Shown in pieces: positions 51,242-62,079 of a stretch of 64,000 nucleotides of DNA. The position numbers and the translations under genes were made by a program. Position 1 is the stretch's first letter; every line of letters begins with the position of its first letter. The notes beneath the pieces are model-generated. The model saw only the letters and a program-made list of their open reading frames with translations. It did not search any database and was not told the origin of the DNA. This DNA comes from Deferribacterales bacterium (GTDB lineage Bacteria; Chrysiogenota; Deferribacteres; Deferribacterales; Geovibrionaceae), in contig JBFWLW010000004.1 of NCBI GenBank assembly GCA_050251945.1, forward strand, positions 203,821 through 267,820. The letters run 5' to 3'.

Positions 51242-52469
51242 GATATACGCGCTGACGCTCAGATCGAAACTCAATGAGGTCGCCGTGTCGCTCCGCTCCT
51301 CGCGAAGACGCAAATTGATGTCTCTGCGGGGAAGCCGCAGGCTGACGCGGCAGTCTGGTGTTTTTATACAGGTTTCGTCAGTCTGCATGCTTCTGGCACT
51401 GCTTGCGCTGGCTATGCCCGCGTTTGCGGACGAGTTTGACATATTTGACGAACAGAAACTGCTTGAAATAAAGCCTGCCATTCTGCAGAAGATGGGTGTA
51501 CGCCTTACAAAAGTTAAATACGGTGACAGTACAAAATCCATCAAACTGCCCGGTATAGTGAACACAGACGAGACGTCAACATTCACCGTCAATACTAAGT
51601 TCGGCGGCTGGATAGAGAGGCTCTATCTGGATTATACAGGCAAAACAGTGGGCAAGGGCGCGAAGATAGCCGAAATATACAGCCCAGAAATGGTCGCAGC
51701 TCAGGAGGAATATCTTTCTTTCCTGCGCCATGCGAACGGATTTAAAACTCAGCAGGATGCATACGGCGGCGTGTTTGCAGATGATGCGAAACAGCTTGCC
51801 GCCGGAGCGCGCTCAAGGCTTAAATATTGGGATATGAGTGATGCTCAGATACGCGAACTTGAGCGCACGGGCAAAACCCGCCGCACGGTTTCAGTCTACA
51901 GCCCGTCAAACGGCTACGTTCTGGCGAAGAACGTTTCCGCAGGGATGATGGTTCAGTCCGGAATGGCTCTTTTCACTCTGGCATCCACCGACAGAATGTG
52001 GGTTATTGCCGACGTATATGAAGAGGATATGAAATTCATCCGTCAGGGAGCAACAGCAAAATTTACACTGGCAAATCAGCCTGACGTCACTTTTGACATA
52101 AAGGCGGATTACATATATCCCGAAATGTCCCCCAACACAAGAACGCTCAAGGTGCGCTTTCCCGTGCTGAACCGCGGCAGTAAACTTAAACCTGCGATGT
52201 ACGGCGATATAATCCTTAAAGTTAAATCAGGGAAGATACTTAAGGTTGAGGAGGACGCCGTCATTGACGACGGAAAGCGTAAGATAGTTTTCCTCTCAAA
52301 AGGCGGAGGTAAGTTTGAGCCGCGAGAGATCGTTACCGGAGCGAAGAGCGACGGTTATTACGAGATACGCCGCGGGCTTAAAGCTAACGACGTTGTTGCC
52401 AGAGGTGCAAATTTCCTTCTGGATTCCGAGGCGCAGCTTAAAGGTATCAACCCTGTCAAGGTGCAGTAA
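51219..52469 (+). CDS. cusB: CusB/CzcB-family periplasmic adaptor
   Basis: KFGGWIERLY, IYSPEMVAAQEEYL, WVIADVYEED, YIYPEMSPNTRT and LKPAMY motifs. Start at 51219 or 51234. Confidence 0.88.
   Translation: MERSSMIKIYALTLRSKLNEVAVSLRSSRRRKLMSLRGSRRLTRQSGVFIQVSSVCMLLALLALAMPAFADEFDIFDEQKLLEIKPAILQKMGVRLTKVKYGDSTKSIKLPGIVNTDETSTFTVNTKFGGWIERLYLDYTGKTVGKGAKIAEIYSPEMVAAQEEYLSFLRHANGFKTQQDAYGGVFADDAKQLAAGARSRLKYWDMSDAQIRELERTGKTRRTVSVYSPSNGYVLAKNVSAGMMVQSGMALFTLASTDRMWVIADVYEEDMKFIRQGATAKFTLANQPDVTFDIKADYIYPEMSPNTRTLKVRFPVLNRGSKLKPAMYGDIILKVKSGKILKVEEDAVIDDGKRKIVFLSKGGGKFEPREIVTGAKSDGYYEIRRGLKANDVVARGANFLLDSEAQLKGINPVKVQ
51276..51356. repeat. REP-like doublet, copy 6, in frame inside the cusB N-terminus
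   Basis: GAG GTC GCC GTG TCG CTC CGC TCC TCG CGA AGA CGC encodes EVAVSLRSSRRR; a further remnant GTTTCGTCAGTCTG lies near 51372. Confidence 0.85.
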
Positions 52470-55400
52470 TGATAGAGAAACTTATCGGTTTTTCCGCCAG
52501 AAACAAGTTTCTGGTGATACTGTTCATTCTGGCGGCAGTGGGCGCAGGGCTGTGGTCTGCCAAAAAGACCCCTCTGGATGCGATACCCGACCTGAGCGAC
52601 GTTCAGGTCATAGTTTTCACCGAATGGACGGGACGCTCTCCAGACCTTATTGAAGACCAGATAACCTATCCCATCGTAAGCAGCCTGCTCGCCGCTCCGA
52701 AGGTCAAAGTTGTCAGAGGATACTCGTTCTTCGGGTTCTCCTACGTTTATGCCATATTCGACGATGGAACTGACATCTACTGGGCGCGCAGCCGTGTGCT
52801 TGAGAACATCAGCAAGATAAGCGGGAAGCTGCCGCCTAACGTCAGTCCTGCTCTGGGACCAGACGCAACGGGTGTCGGCTGGGTGTACCAGTACGCACTG
52901 GTGGACAAATCCGGCAAGCACAACCTCAGCGAACTGCGGTCATATCAGGACTGGTATCTGAAATACGCACTGGAAGAGGTTAAAGGCGTTGCGGAGGTTG
53001 CATCCGTCGGCGGACACGTAAAAGAGTATCAGATAAACATAGATCCGGACAAACTGCGCGGATACGGCATAAGCCTGAACCAGCTTGTTAAAGCGGTGCG
53101 CGACAGCAACCGCGACACGGGCGGACGCTCGGTTGAGCTTTCCGGACGCGACTTCATGGTCAAAGGTATCGGATATATCAAAAATCTGGACGATATCCGC
53201 AATATAGTTATAAAAAACGACGGAATGGGCGTTCCGGTGCTTGTCGGCGACGTAGCGTCAGTTGAGACGGGACCCACCATGCGAAGAGGCATAGCCGACT
53301 TTAACGGTGACGGCGAAACCGTCGGCGGCGTTGTGGTTATGCGCTACGGAGAAAACGCACTTAACGTAATTAACAATGTTAAAGCTAAAATAGAGACCCT
53401 GAAATCGTCGCTTCCTGACGGTGTTAAGATAGTGCCGGTTTACGACCGCTCAACCCTCATCGTTGATTCCATAAAGACACTGCGCGACAAGCTCATTGAG
53501 GAGATAATCATTGTCAGCCTTGTGTGCATAGTGTTTCTGTTCCATTTCCGTTCGGCGCTGGTGGCGATACTCACACTTCCTGTGGCAATCCTGATGTCGT
53601 TCATCATGTTCCGCTGGCTGGGCATCACATCAAACATCATGTCGCTTGGCGGTATAGCCATAGCCATCGGCGCTATGGTGGATGCGGCAATCGTTATGGT
53701 TGAGAATGCCCACAAACAGCTTGAGCATAACCCCGACGCGGACAGGGTGGAAGTTATTATCGCCGCCGCGCAGAAGGTGGGCAAGCCGCTCTTCTTCTCG
53801 CTTCTGATAATAACCGTGTCGTTCCTTCCCGTTTTCGCTCTGGAGGCGCAGGAAGGCAGGCTGTTCAAACCACTTGCATATACAAAGACCTTTTCAATGC
53901 TGTTTGCGTCCATCCTTTCGGTGACGCTGGTTCCGGCACTGATGGTCATTTTCATAAAAGGGAAGATACGCCACGAGCAGGACAACCCCATAACAAAGGC
54001 GCTGGTGTTCCTGTATAATCCGTTCGTGCAGTTCGCACTGAAATACAGGTTCGTCGTAATGGCGCTGGCGGTGGTATCTCTTGCCGCGACCTATCCCATA
54101 GTCAAAAAGTTAGGTTCGGAGTTTATGCCCGTGCTGAACGAAGGCACCATATTCTATATGCCCACCACTCTGCCGGGTATCTCCGCATCCGAGGCGGCTA
54201 AGAGCCTGCAGGCGCAGAACGGGTTGATAAAGAGCGTTCCAGAGGTTGACACCGTTTTCGGTAAAGCTGGCAACGCCACCACTGCCACAGATCCCGCGGG
54301 TCTCTCAATGGCTGAGACGGTCATAACCCTGAAACCCCGCGACCAGTGGCGCAAGGGCATGACGTTTGAAAAGCTCGTTGATGAGATGAACGAAAAGGTG
54401 AAAGTCGCCGGATGGGTGAACTCGTGGACCATGCCCATTAAGGCGCGTATAGACATGCTTTCAACAGGTATCAAAACACCTGTAGGTATAAAAGTGTTCG
54501 GTCCCGACCCTGCGAAGCTTCAGGAGATAGGACAGCAGCTTGAAACGTCGCTCATGAAGGTTGACGGCACCAGAAGCGTCTATTCCGAGCGTGCAGACGG
54601 CGGATATTATCTGTATATCGAGCCTGACATGTTCAAAATGTCCAGATATGGCATAACCGTTGAGGATGTGAACATGGTTATTGAATCCGCTATCGGCGGT
54701 ATGCCCGTTACGAAAACCGTAGAGGGCAGGGAGCGTTATCCCGTTGCAGTGCGCTATAAAAAGGCGTTCAGAAATGACGTTGAGTCCATAAAGAACGTCC
54801 TTGTTCCCGTGGGCGGCATGGGCGGACAGGCTAACTATATACCGCTCGGTGACATAGCGAACGTCTATCTGAAATCCGGTCCCGATATGCTGAAAGAGGA
54901 GAACGGAATGCTGGTTTCCTATGTGTACGTCGATCTGCAGCAGGGGCTTGACGTGGGCAGCTATGTGAAACGAGCCATCACGGAAGTAGACAGCACTATA
55001 AAGCTTCCGCAGGGCTACACCCTCAAATGGAGCGGTGAATACGAGTCAATGCAGAGGGTTAAGGAGAAGCTGAAACTCGCCGTTCCGCTCACGCTGGGAC
55101 TGATATTCATGCTTCTGTATCTCAACTTCCGCTCGGTGACAAAAACGGCGATAGTTATGCTTTCTGTGCCTTTTGCACTGGTGGGCGGATTCCTCTATCT
55201 GTATTTTCTTGGCTATAACATGTCCGTTGCGGTCTGGGTGGGACTGATAGCCCTTGCGGGGGTGTCAGCCGAGACGGGTGTAGTTATGATAGTTTATCTG
55301 GACGAGGCGTTTGACGAATGGAAGGCGCGCGGACAGATGAATAATGACGAAGACCTCAAGGCGGCTGTGGTTTATGGCGCTGTGCAGAGGGTTCGCCCGA

Positions 55401-55597
55401 AAATAATGACCGTCGCCACTCTCATCATCGGTCTGGTGCCTATCATGTGGGCTACCGGAAGCGGTGCGGACGTTATGAAACGCATCGCGGCACCTATGAT
55501 CGGCGGTATGGTGACGTCAACCATACTGACACTCATAATAATACCTGCTCTATATTTCTCATGGAAAAAGTGGGAAATTAAAAAGCAAACAGTATAA
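52469..55597 (+). CDS. cusA: CusA-type Cu(I)/Ag(I) heavy-metal RND pump
   Basis: [13 protein letters not shown]; Met triad in [15 protein letters not shown] and IDMLSTG; [13 protein letters not shown]. Confidence 0.93.
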   Translation: MIEKLIGFSARNKFLVILFILAAVGAGLWSAKKTPLDAIPDLSDVQVIVFTEWTGRSPDLIEDQITYPIVSSLLAAPKVKVVRGYSFFGFSYVYAIFDDGTDIYWARSRVLENISKISGKLPPNVSPALGPDATGVGWVYQYALVDKSGKHNLSELRSYQDWYLKYALEEVKGVAEVASVGGHVKEYQINIDPDKLRGYGISLNQLVKAVRDSNRDTGGRSVELSGRDFMVKGIGYIKNLDDIRNIVIKNDGMGVPVLVGDVASVETGPTMRRGIADFNGDGETVGGVVVMRYGENALNVINNVKAKIETLKSSLPDGVKIVPVYDRSTLIVDSIKTLRDKLIEEIIIVSLVCIVFLFHFRSALVAILTLPVAILMSFIMFRWLGITSNIMSLGGIAIAIGAMVDAAIVMVENAHKQLEHNPDADRVEVIIAAAQKVGKPLFFSLLIITVSFLPVFALEAQEGRLFKPLAYTKTFSMLFASILSVTLVPALMVIFIKGKIRHEQDNPITKALVFLYNPFVQFALKYRFVVMALAVVSLAATYPIVKKLGSEFMPVLNEGTIFYMPTTLPGISASEAAKSLQAQNGLIKSVPEVDTVFGKAGNATTATDPAGLSMAETVITLKPRDQWRKGMTFEKLVDEMNEKVKVAGWVNSWTMPIKARIDMLSTGIKTPVGIKVFGPDPAKLQEIGQQLETSLMKVDGTRSVYSERADGGYYLYIEPDMFKMSRYGITVEDVNMVIESAIGGMPVTKTVEGRERYPVAVRYKKAFRNDVESIKNVLVPVGGMGGQANYIPLGDIANVYLKSGPDMLKEENGMLVSYVYVDLQQGLDVGSYVKRAITEVDSTIKLPQGYTLKWSGEYESMQRVKEKLKLAVPLTLGLIFMLLYLNFRSVTKTAIVMLSVPFALVGGFLYLYFLGYNMSVAVWVGLIALAGVSAETGVVMIVYLDEAFDEWKARGQMNNDEDLKAAVVYGAVQRVRPKIMTVATLIIGLVPIMWATGSGADVMKRIAAPMIGGMVTSTILTLIIIPALYFSWKKWEIKKQTV

Positions 55598-55604
55598 ATC
55601 ACTT

Positions 55605-55634
55605 GCCCCTTTTGTATTTGCAAAAGGGGCTTTT
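55605..55634 (+). terminator. Terminator after cusA
   Basis: GCCCCTTTTG/CAAAAGGGGC hairpin plus TTTT. Confidence 0.75.
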
Positions 55635-55731
55635 CTTTAAAAATAATCTGTTGACACAAACCGTTTCGGGGAGTATTGTTCATTCATCTAGTAAATCTAT
55701 GGGTAATATGATAAATAGAGGAGAGGATAAT

Positions 55732-56667
55732 ATGGCAAGGATAGCGAACACACTGACAGACCTGATAGGAAACACCCCCCTGCTTAAGATAAACAGAGCG
55801 GCAGAGGGAGCCGGAGCGGAGATAGTTGCGAAGGTTGAATCTTTCAACCCCGGCGGAAGCGTTAAAGACCGCATTGGTTTCGCAATGATCGAAGACGCGG
55901 AGAAGAAAGGTCTTATCACAAAGGACACGGTCATCATCGAACCCACGAGCGGTAACACAGGTATCGCCCTCGCTCTTGTTTCAGCGGCAAGAGGCTACAG
56001 GCTTATACTGACTATGCCCGAAACAATGAGCGTTGAACGCCGTTCACTGCTCAAGGCTTACGGTGCCGAGATAGTTCTCACTCCCGGCGCGCTGGGTATG
56101 AAAGGTGCTGTTCAGAAAGCGGAAGAACTTGCGGCGGAAACACCGAATTCGTTCGTGCCTCAGCAGTTCAACAACCTCGCCAACCCCGCGATACACAGGG
56201 CTACCACAGCGGAAGAGATATGGAGAGACACTGACGGCAGAGTTGACATAGTTGTGGGCGGCGTGGGTACAGGCGGAACCATCACTGGTATCGGTCAGGT
56301 GCTTAAAGGACGCAAAGCGGAGCTTCAGGTCGTTGCAGTTGAACCCGTCGAATCACCCGTTCTTTCAGGCGGAAACCCCGGTCCCCACAAAATTCAGGGT
56401 ATCGGAGCAGGTTTTGTACCCGGCGTACTGGACAGAGAAGTTATATCCGAAATCTATCAGGTGCAGAGTGAAGAAGCACTTGTTGCGGCACGCAAACTGG
56501 CGAAAGAGGATGGTCTTCTGGTGGGTATCTCATCTGGTGCGGCTTTCCATGCGGCATACGAGATATCAAAAAGACCTGAAAACAAAGGCAGGCTGATAGT
56601 GGTTATTCTTCCCGATACAGGTGAAAGATATCTCTCCACAGTCCTTTTCAACGAGGTAACTGCGTGA
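55732..56667 (+). CDS. cysK: Cysteine synthase A
   Basis: NPGGSVKDR (PLP Lys), [13 protein letters not shown] and PHKIQGIG motifs. Confidence 0.95.
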   Translation: MARIANTLTDLIGNTPLLKINRAAEGAGAEIVAKVESFNPGGSVKDRIGFAMIEDAEKKGLITKDTVIIEPTSGNTGIALALVSAARGYRLILTMPETMSVERRSLLKAYGAEIVLTPGALGMKGAVQKAEELAAETPNSFVPQQFNNLANPAIHRATTAEEIWRDTDGRVDIVVGGVGTGGTITGIGQVLKGRKAELQVVAVEPVESPVLSGGNPGPHKIQGIGAGFVPGVLDREVISEIYQVQSEEALVAARKLAKEDGLLVGISSGAAFHAAYEISKRPENKGRLIVVILPDTGERYLSTVLFNEVTA

Positions 56668-56721
56668 TAGAGTGTCCGAGCAGTAGTTTATAACTTTTGA
56701 CATCATGTTTTGGGGATATAT

Positions 56722-57366
56722 ATGGCAGAGAAAGAGATAGTAAAAGATTGCTCCGTTTGCGGCTCGCTTAATTGCTATAAAAGGGATAAGAACTTCGCGA
56801 AGAACTGTCCTACGGAGAATCTTGACCCTGATCTGAATGACAGTTCGTTCAGAGAGTATTTTGATGATGAGTTCACGGCGAAAGCGTCAAGAGTTTCGGC
56901 GGAGGTTGAGGGGAAGTTTTACGGGAAGATAACCCGTATTGAAGAGATAGCAGAATTTGCGTCCCGTATGGGATACAAAACTCTCGGTGTAGCCTCCTGT
57001 GTGGGGCTGGCGAAAGAGACGGCAGTGTTCGCCAAGTTTCTCAGGGGCAAAGGTTTTACAGTGCATGATTTCGTGTGCAAGGTGGGTTCCAGAGACAAGA
57101 CGGAAAGCGGTATTCCCGAAGAACACAAAATAGCGCCAGGAAATTTTGAGGCGATGTGCAATCCGGTGCTTCAGGCTCAGCTTCTGGCTGAACACGGTAC
57201 GGAGTTTAATATAATAGTGGGGCTTTGCGTGGGGCATGATTCAATATTCATACACCACTCCAAGGCTCCCGTGACATACTTTATTGTGAAAGACCGCGTG
57301 CTGGCGCACAATCCGGCGGCGGCGATATATACCTGCGGCTCGTATTATAAAAGAATTTTTGATTGA
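56722..57366 (+). CDS. DUF1847 family Cys-rich putative metal-binding protein
   Basis: CSVC...C...CP N-terminus, SCVGL, CKVG, MCNPVLQA, GLCVGHD and KDRVLAHNP motifs. Confidence 0.85.
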   Translation: MAEKEIVKDCSVCGSLNCYKRDKNFAKNCPTENLDPDLNDSSFREYFDDEFTAKASRVSAEVEGKFYGKITRIEEIAEFASRMGYKTLGVASCVGLAKETAVFAKFLRGKGFTVHDFVCKVGSRDKTESGIPEEHKIAPGNFEAMCNPVLQAQLLAEHGTEFNIIVGLCVGHDSIFIHHSKAPVTYFIVKDRVLAHNPAAAIYTCGSYYKRIFD

Positions 57367-57384
57367 AAAAAAACGGGGAAAAAT

Positions 57385-58536
57385 ATGAATATCGAAACGA
57401 GGCTTGCCCAGTCGGGCAGCAGACGCGATCCCGCCACCGGAGCCGTGACGGTACCGGTGTATAATTCGGCGACATACAGGCATCCTGCGCTGGGGCAGAG
57501 TACGGGATATGACTATTCCCGCTCGAAAAACCCCACCAGACAGGCGCTTGAGGACGTTATCGCAGATGCGGAGAACGGGGCTAGAGGGCTTGCTTTCTCT
57601 TCCGGTCTGGCGGCGATAGACAACGTGATAAGACTGCTTAAGCCGAACGACAGGATAATCGTTACGGAAGACCTTTACGGCGGAACCTACAGGCTGTTTC
57701 AGCAGGTTTACTCCGTTTACGGGATTCAGGCGGTATACGTTGACACTTCCGACATTGCGGCTGTTGAAGAGGCGCTGAAAGACAGCGCCGTAAAGATGAT
57801 ATTCATAGAAAACCCCACAAATCCCATGCTTAAAGTTGCTGATATAAAAGCTATTTCGGCGGCGGCATCCGCAAGTGGGGTGCTGACTGTGGTGGACAAT
57901 ACCTTTTTGTCCCCCTGCCTGCAAAATCCGCTCAATCTCGGTGCGGATGTCGTTCTGCACAGCGCAACAAAATATCTCGGCGGTCACAACGATGTTGTGG
58001 CTGGCGTTCTGGTGGCAAAGGATGCGGAGATAGGCGAAAAACTGGCGTTCTTTCAGAACGCTGTCGGTTCCATCCTCGGACCCAACGACGCGTGGCTTGT
58101 TCTTCGCGGGATGAAGACACTGCATCTCCGTGTCAGACAGCAGGAGCAGAACGCACTTGAGGTTGCAAAGTTTCTTGAGCAGCATCCGCTGGTGACGAAA
58201 GTGAATTATCCGGGGCTTAAGACCCACGTCGGTCACACGCTTCTGAAGAGTCAGGCGAAAGGATTCGGCGCTATGGTCTCTTTTGAAGTGAAAGATGCCG
58301 CGCTTGTTCCGTCTGTGCTTGAGCGGGTAAATGTGTTTCTGTTTGCGGAGAGCCTTGGCGGTGTGGAATCGCTGATAACGTTCCCTGCGGTGCAGACCCA
58401 TGCTGACATTGAGCCTGAGATACGCGAAAGGCTTGGTGTTACAGACAGACTTTTAAGAATATCCGTCGGTGTGGAGAACGCCGAAGACCTTATAAACGAC
58501 CTTGCACAGGCGCTTCAGGGAGGCATAGATGGCTAA
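57385..58536 (+). CDS. PLP-dependent transsulfuration enzyme (cystathionine gamma-synthase, MetI/MetB-like)
   Basis: YSRSKNPTR, FSSGLAA, DLYGGT, HSATKYLGGHND and ESLGGVESL motifs. Confidence 0.9.
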   Translation: MNIETRLAQSGSRRDPATGAVTVPVYNSATYRHPALGQSTGYDYSRSKNPTRQALEDVIADAENGARGLAFSSGLAAIDNVIRLLKPNDRIIVTEDLYGGTYRLFQQVYSVYGIQAVYVDTSDIAAVEEALKDSAVKMIFIENPTNPMLKVADIKAISAAASASGVLTVVDNTFLSPCLQNPLNLGADVVLHSATKYLGGHNDVVAGVLVAKDAEIGEKLAFFQNAVGSILGPNDAWLVLRGMKTLHLRVRQQEQNALEVAKFLEQHPLVTKVNYPGLKTHVGHTLLKSQAKGFGAMVSFEVKDAALVPSVLERVNVFLFAESLGGVESLITFPAVQTHADIEPEIRERLGVTDRLLRISVGVENAEDLINDLAQALQGGIDG

Positions 58537-59695
58537 GAAGAAAGCCGGAAAAAACACCAGACTGGTTCATAACGGATTCGGCATTGATCCCGCAACGGGG
58601 GCGCTGAGCGTGCCGCTTATTCATGCATCCACCTTTGCGCAGGTTTCAGCGGACAGCTTCGGACGGTATGACTATTCCCGTTCGGGAAACCCCACCAGAG
58701 AGGCGCTTGAAACCATCATAGCCGAGCTTGAGAGTGGTACCCACGGGTATGCGTTCGCTTCGGGAATGGCGGCTATATCTGCCGTTCTGATGATCTTTTC
58801 TCCCGGCGACCACATAGTCGTTTGCGAGGACGTTTACGGCGGTACATGGCGCGTGCTGACAGGGCTTCTGTCCAGATTCGGCATAGAGGCGACCTTTGCA
58901 GACGCAACTTCCGCCGAAGCTTTCGAGGCGGCAATAAAGCCAAATACGAAAGCGCTTTATCTGGAAACGCCGTCCAACCCCCTTCTTAAGATAACAGACC
59001 TCAAGGTTATGGCGAAGCTGGCGAAGAAACACAAACTGATATCCATTGTGGATAACACGTTCATGAGCCCGTATCTGCAAAGACCAATTGAGCTTGGATG
59101 CGATATCGTCGTCCACAGCGGAACAAAGTTCATCAACGGTCACAGCGACGTACTTTGCGGGTTTGCGGTGACAGCGGACAAAGAGCTTGCCAAACGCATT
59201 AAATATATACAGAACTCCGTCGGCTCTGTTCTGCCTCCCAACGACTGCTGGCTGGTGATACGCGGACTTAAAACTCTGGGTGTGCGTATGGAGGCGGGAC
59301 AGCGTTCCGCGGGTATCATTGCCGAAGCACTGTCTAAGCATCCGAAAATTAAAAAGGTATATTACCCCGGGCTTGAGAGCCATACTGGATATGAGATAAA
59401 CAAAAAACAGGCTGACGGCGCGGGAGCAGTGCTTTCGTTTGAGCTTGAAACGCCTGAACTTGCCCATAAACTGCTTGAAAATGCAAAATATGCGGCGTTC
59501 GCGGTGAGCCTTGGCGGTGTGGAGAGTATTATCTCCTATCCCGCGAAGATGTCCCATGCGGCTATGCCCCCACAGGAACGCGCGGCAAGGGGCATAAGCG
59601 ACAGTCTTGTGCGTTTGTCACTGGGCGTTGAGGACGCGGAAGACGTTCTTGACGATATCGTCGGTATCATAGAATTGTACTGCAAAAAGAAATGA
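58529..59695 (+). CDS. PLP-dependent transsulfuration enzyme (cystathionine beta/gamma-lyase, MetC/MccB-like)
   Basis: YSRSGNPTR, FASGMAA, HSGTKFINGHSD and SLGGVES motifs. Confidence 0.9.
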   Translation: MAKKKAGKNTRLVHNGFGIDPATGALSVPLIHASTFAQVSADSFGRYDYSRSGNPTREALETIIAELESGTHGYAFASGMAAISAVLMIFSPGDHIVVCEDVYGGTWRVLTGLLSRFGIEATFADATSAEAFEAAIKPNTKALYLETPSNPLLKITDLKVMAKLAKKHKLISIVDNTFMSPYLQRPIELGCDIVVHSGTKFINGHSDVLCGFAVTADKELAKRIKYIQNSVGSVLPPNDCWLVIRGLKTLGVRMEAGQRSAGIIAEALSKHPKIKKVYYPGLESHTGYEINKKQADGAGAVLSFELETPELAHKLLENAKYAAFAVSLGGVESIISYPAKMSHAAMPPQERAARGISDSLVRLSLGVEDAEDVLDDIVGIIELYCKKK

Positions 59696-60639
59696 TAGAA
59701 AAAATATACGAAAAAGCGCGGGCGGGCGGGCTTATATGTCTCAGTGACGCCTGCGCACTGATAGACGGCGACCTCGAAGAGATCATGGGTTATGCCCGTA
59801 AACTGCGCGACAGATTCACCGGAAAAGCGGTGAAAACATGCGCTATTGTCAACGCCAGAAGCGGACATTGCAGTGAAGACTGCGTTTTCTGCGCTCAGTC
59901 TTCGCATTACGGCACTAAAGCCCCAGTGTTTCCGTTTATTGATATCACAGAGATCAAAAAAGCGGCAAAGCGTGTCAAAGAGCTTGGCGTGGAGCGGTTC
60001 AGTATAGTTTCAAGCGGACTTTCGCCTACGCCGGAAGAGTTTTTGAAGATAAAACAGGCTGTGGCGCTGGTTTCCTCAATTGGTCTGCAAACTGATATAT
60101 CTGTCGGGTGTCTGTCATATGAACAGCTTAAGGAACTCAAACAGGCGGGGCTTGATTCGTATCACCACAACCTTGAGACATCCGGAAGTTTTTTTCCGGA
60201 GATATGTACCACCCACAGCTACGACGACGACGTGAACGCTGTGAAAGAGGCTCTGCGGGCTGGGATAGACGTATGCAGCGGCGGAATATTCGGTATTGGC
60301 GAGAACTGGGAACACAGATACGAGCTTGCGGTGCTTCTGCGGGAACTGGGGGTTCAGTCGGTTCCGATTAACTTTCTCAATCCGGTTGCCGGAACTCCGA
60401 AAGAGGGTGCGGAAGTGCTTTCGGAAGAGGAGGCGATGCGTATAATCGCAGTTTACAGATTTATTCTGCCCGACCGTACGCTTCGCGTATGCGGCGGACG
60501 CAACGCAGTGTTTAAGTCGGAAGGCGCCCGAAAGGTTTTCTCCGCTGGAGCCAGCGGAATGATGGTCGGCGACTATCTCACCGTTAAAGGAACGGATATT
60601 TCTGAAGATATGGATTTCATTCACGGTAAACTCGATTGA
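59692..60639 (+). CDS. bioB: Biotin synthase
   Basis: NARSGHCSEDCVFCAQS, YHHNLET, CSGGIFG, VPINFL, RVCGGR and GDYLT motifs. Confidence 0.93.
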   Translation: MIEKIYEKARAGGLICLSDACALIDGDLEEIMGYARKLRDRFTGKAVKTCAIVNARSGHCSEDCVFCAQSSHYGTKAPVFPFIDITEIKKAAKRVKELGVERFSIVSSGLSPTPEEFLKIKQAVALVSSIGLQTDISVGCLSYEQLKELKQAGLDSYHHNLETSGSFFPEICTTHSYDDDVNAVKEALRAGIDVCSGGIFGIGENWEHRYELAVLLRELGVQSVPINFLNPVAGTPKEGAEVLSEEEAMRIIAVYRFILPDRTLRVCGGRNAVFKSEGARKVFSAGASGMMVGDYLTVKGTDISEDMDFIHGKLD

Positions 60640-60692
60640 CAAAGATAACCCCCTGAAATAGAATTGTCTTATAGTCAAACTTTTTCAGCGGG

Positions 60693-62069
60693 GTGATTGT
60701 GTTGCGAAAGACTCTTTTTTTCCTTTTTTTTATCATTTTTCCGCTTTTTTCATTCGCAGGCGGGATTTCAGCGGTGCAGAAAAATTATATAAAAAACCAC
60801 GGGACGGTTAAAGTCTGCGTGGATCCCGACTGGTATCCGTTTGAGATGCTGAACGAAAAAGGCGAACACGTCGGAATTGCGGCCGATCTTTTGCGGCTTG
60901 CGGCAAAAAAGGCGGGCGTTACGCTTGAAATAGTACCAACGGCAAACTGGGACGAAAGCCTTGCGTTTTCCCAGAACGGCAGATGCGAGGTCTTAAGTTT
61001 TCTTAACAGCACCCCCGAACGCGACACATGGCTCAATTTCACCAGTCCTGTATTTACGGACATCAACGTATTCGTAACCCGCGAAGAACACAGATATATT
61101 CCCGATCCCTCGGAGCTTTCCGGCGAAACCATAGTGTTTCCCAAAGGCACCGCCATGGAAGAGCTTATCCGCAGGGATTATCCTGAACTGCGTGTGCTGA
61201 CATGCGAAAGCGAGAGGGACGCTTTTCAGATGGTTTCCGACAGAAAAGCCGACATGACCATGCGTTCGCTCATAATGGCGGCGTATACCATTAAAGAGGA
61301 AGGACTTTTTAACCTCAAGATATCAGGTCAGCTCCCTGATTATACGAACGAGCTGAGGATAGGCGTTATAAAGAGCGAACCTGCGCTGGCGGAGATACTC
61401 GATTTCGGCGCAGGACATATAACAAACGCGGAAAGGCAGGAGATAGTCAACAGATATATCCATATTAAGGCGGAGACAGGCACGGATTATGAACTTGTCG
61501 GTATAATTCTTGGAATCTTCGCTATCGCGGCAGTTCTGGTTGGCTTCTGGGTTGCAAGCATCCGCAGACTGAATCGCGAGCTGGTGCGCATCTCTCAGGT
61601 GGACAGCCTTACCCAGATAAGCAACCGCACAAGACTGGACGCTATATTTGAACAGGAGCTTGACAGAGCGCGAAGGTATGATAGAGAACTTTCTATTTTA
61701 CTGCTGGATATAGATTATTTTAAACGGATTAACGACGGGTTCGGGCATCTTGCAGGCGACCGTGTGCTGAAAGATTTTGTTAAGGCGGCGAAAGACAGCA
61801 TCCGCACAACCGATTTCATAGGCAGATGGGGCGGTGAGGAATTTCTTGTGATATGTCCGGAAACGGGCAGAGAGCAGGCAGAGGTGATAGCGGAAAGGAT
61901 TAGGGTAGCCGTCAGAAATTTCATGTTTTCCACTGGTAGACAGCATACGGTGAGTATCGGAGTGACCTCCTACACCGATGGCGATACGGCTGATATGATG
62001 CTTATGCGGGCGGATGCGGCGATGTACTGTGCAAAGAATTCAGGCAGAGACAGAATCTGCAGTAAATAG
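60693..62069 (+). CDS. Diguanylate cyclase with periplasmic solute-binding (PBPb) sensor
   Basis: VCVDPDWYPFE sensor domain, a TM helix, GRWGGEEF active site and an RTTD I-site. Start may be the GTG at 60699. Confidence 0.9.
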   Translation: MIVLRKTLFFLFFIIFPLFSFAGGISAVQKNYIKNHGTVKVCVDPDWYPFEMLNEKGEHVGIAADLLRLAAKKAGVTLEIVPTANWDESLAFSQNGRCEVLSFLNSTPERDTWLNFTSPVFTDINVFVTREEHRYIPDPSELSGETIVFPKGTAMEELIRRDYPELRVLTCESERDAFQMVSDRKADMTMRSLIMAAYTIKEEGLFNLKISGQLPDYTNELRIGVIKSEPALAEILDFGAGHITNAERQEIVNRYIHIKAETGTDYELVGIILGIFAIAAVLVGFWVASIRRLNRELVRISQVDSLTQISNRTRLDAIFEQELDRARRYDRELSILLLDIDYFKRINDGFGHLAGDRVLKDFVKAAKDSIRTTDFIGRWGGEEFLVICPETGREQAEVIAERIRVAVRNFMFSTGRQHTVSIGVTSYTDGDTADMMLMRADAAMYCAKNSGRDRICSK

Positions 62070-62079
62070 ATATAAAAAA

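Noticed and set aside
55600-55731. S-box or T-box riboswitch upstream of cysK
   Set aside because: The leader is short and lacks both the SAM-I core and the T-box motif; the extended ORF start at 55603 overlaps the cusA terminator.
57241-59557. Long antisense ORFs (386 aa and 303 aa)
   Set aside because: They are shadow frames of the strongly supported transsulfuration genes and have no recognisable motifs.
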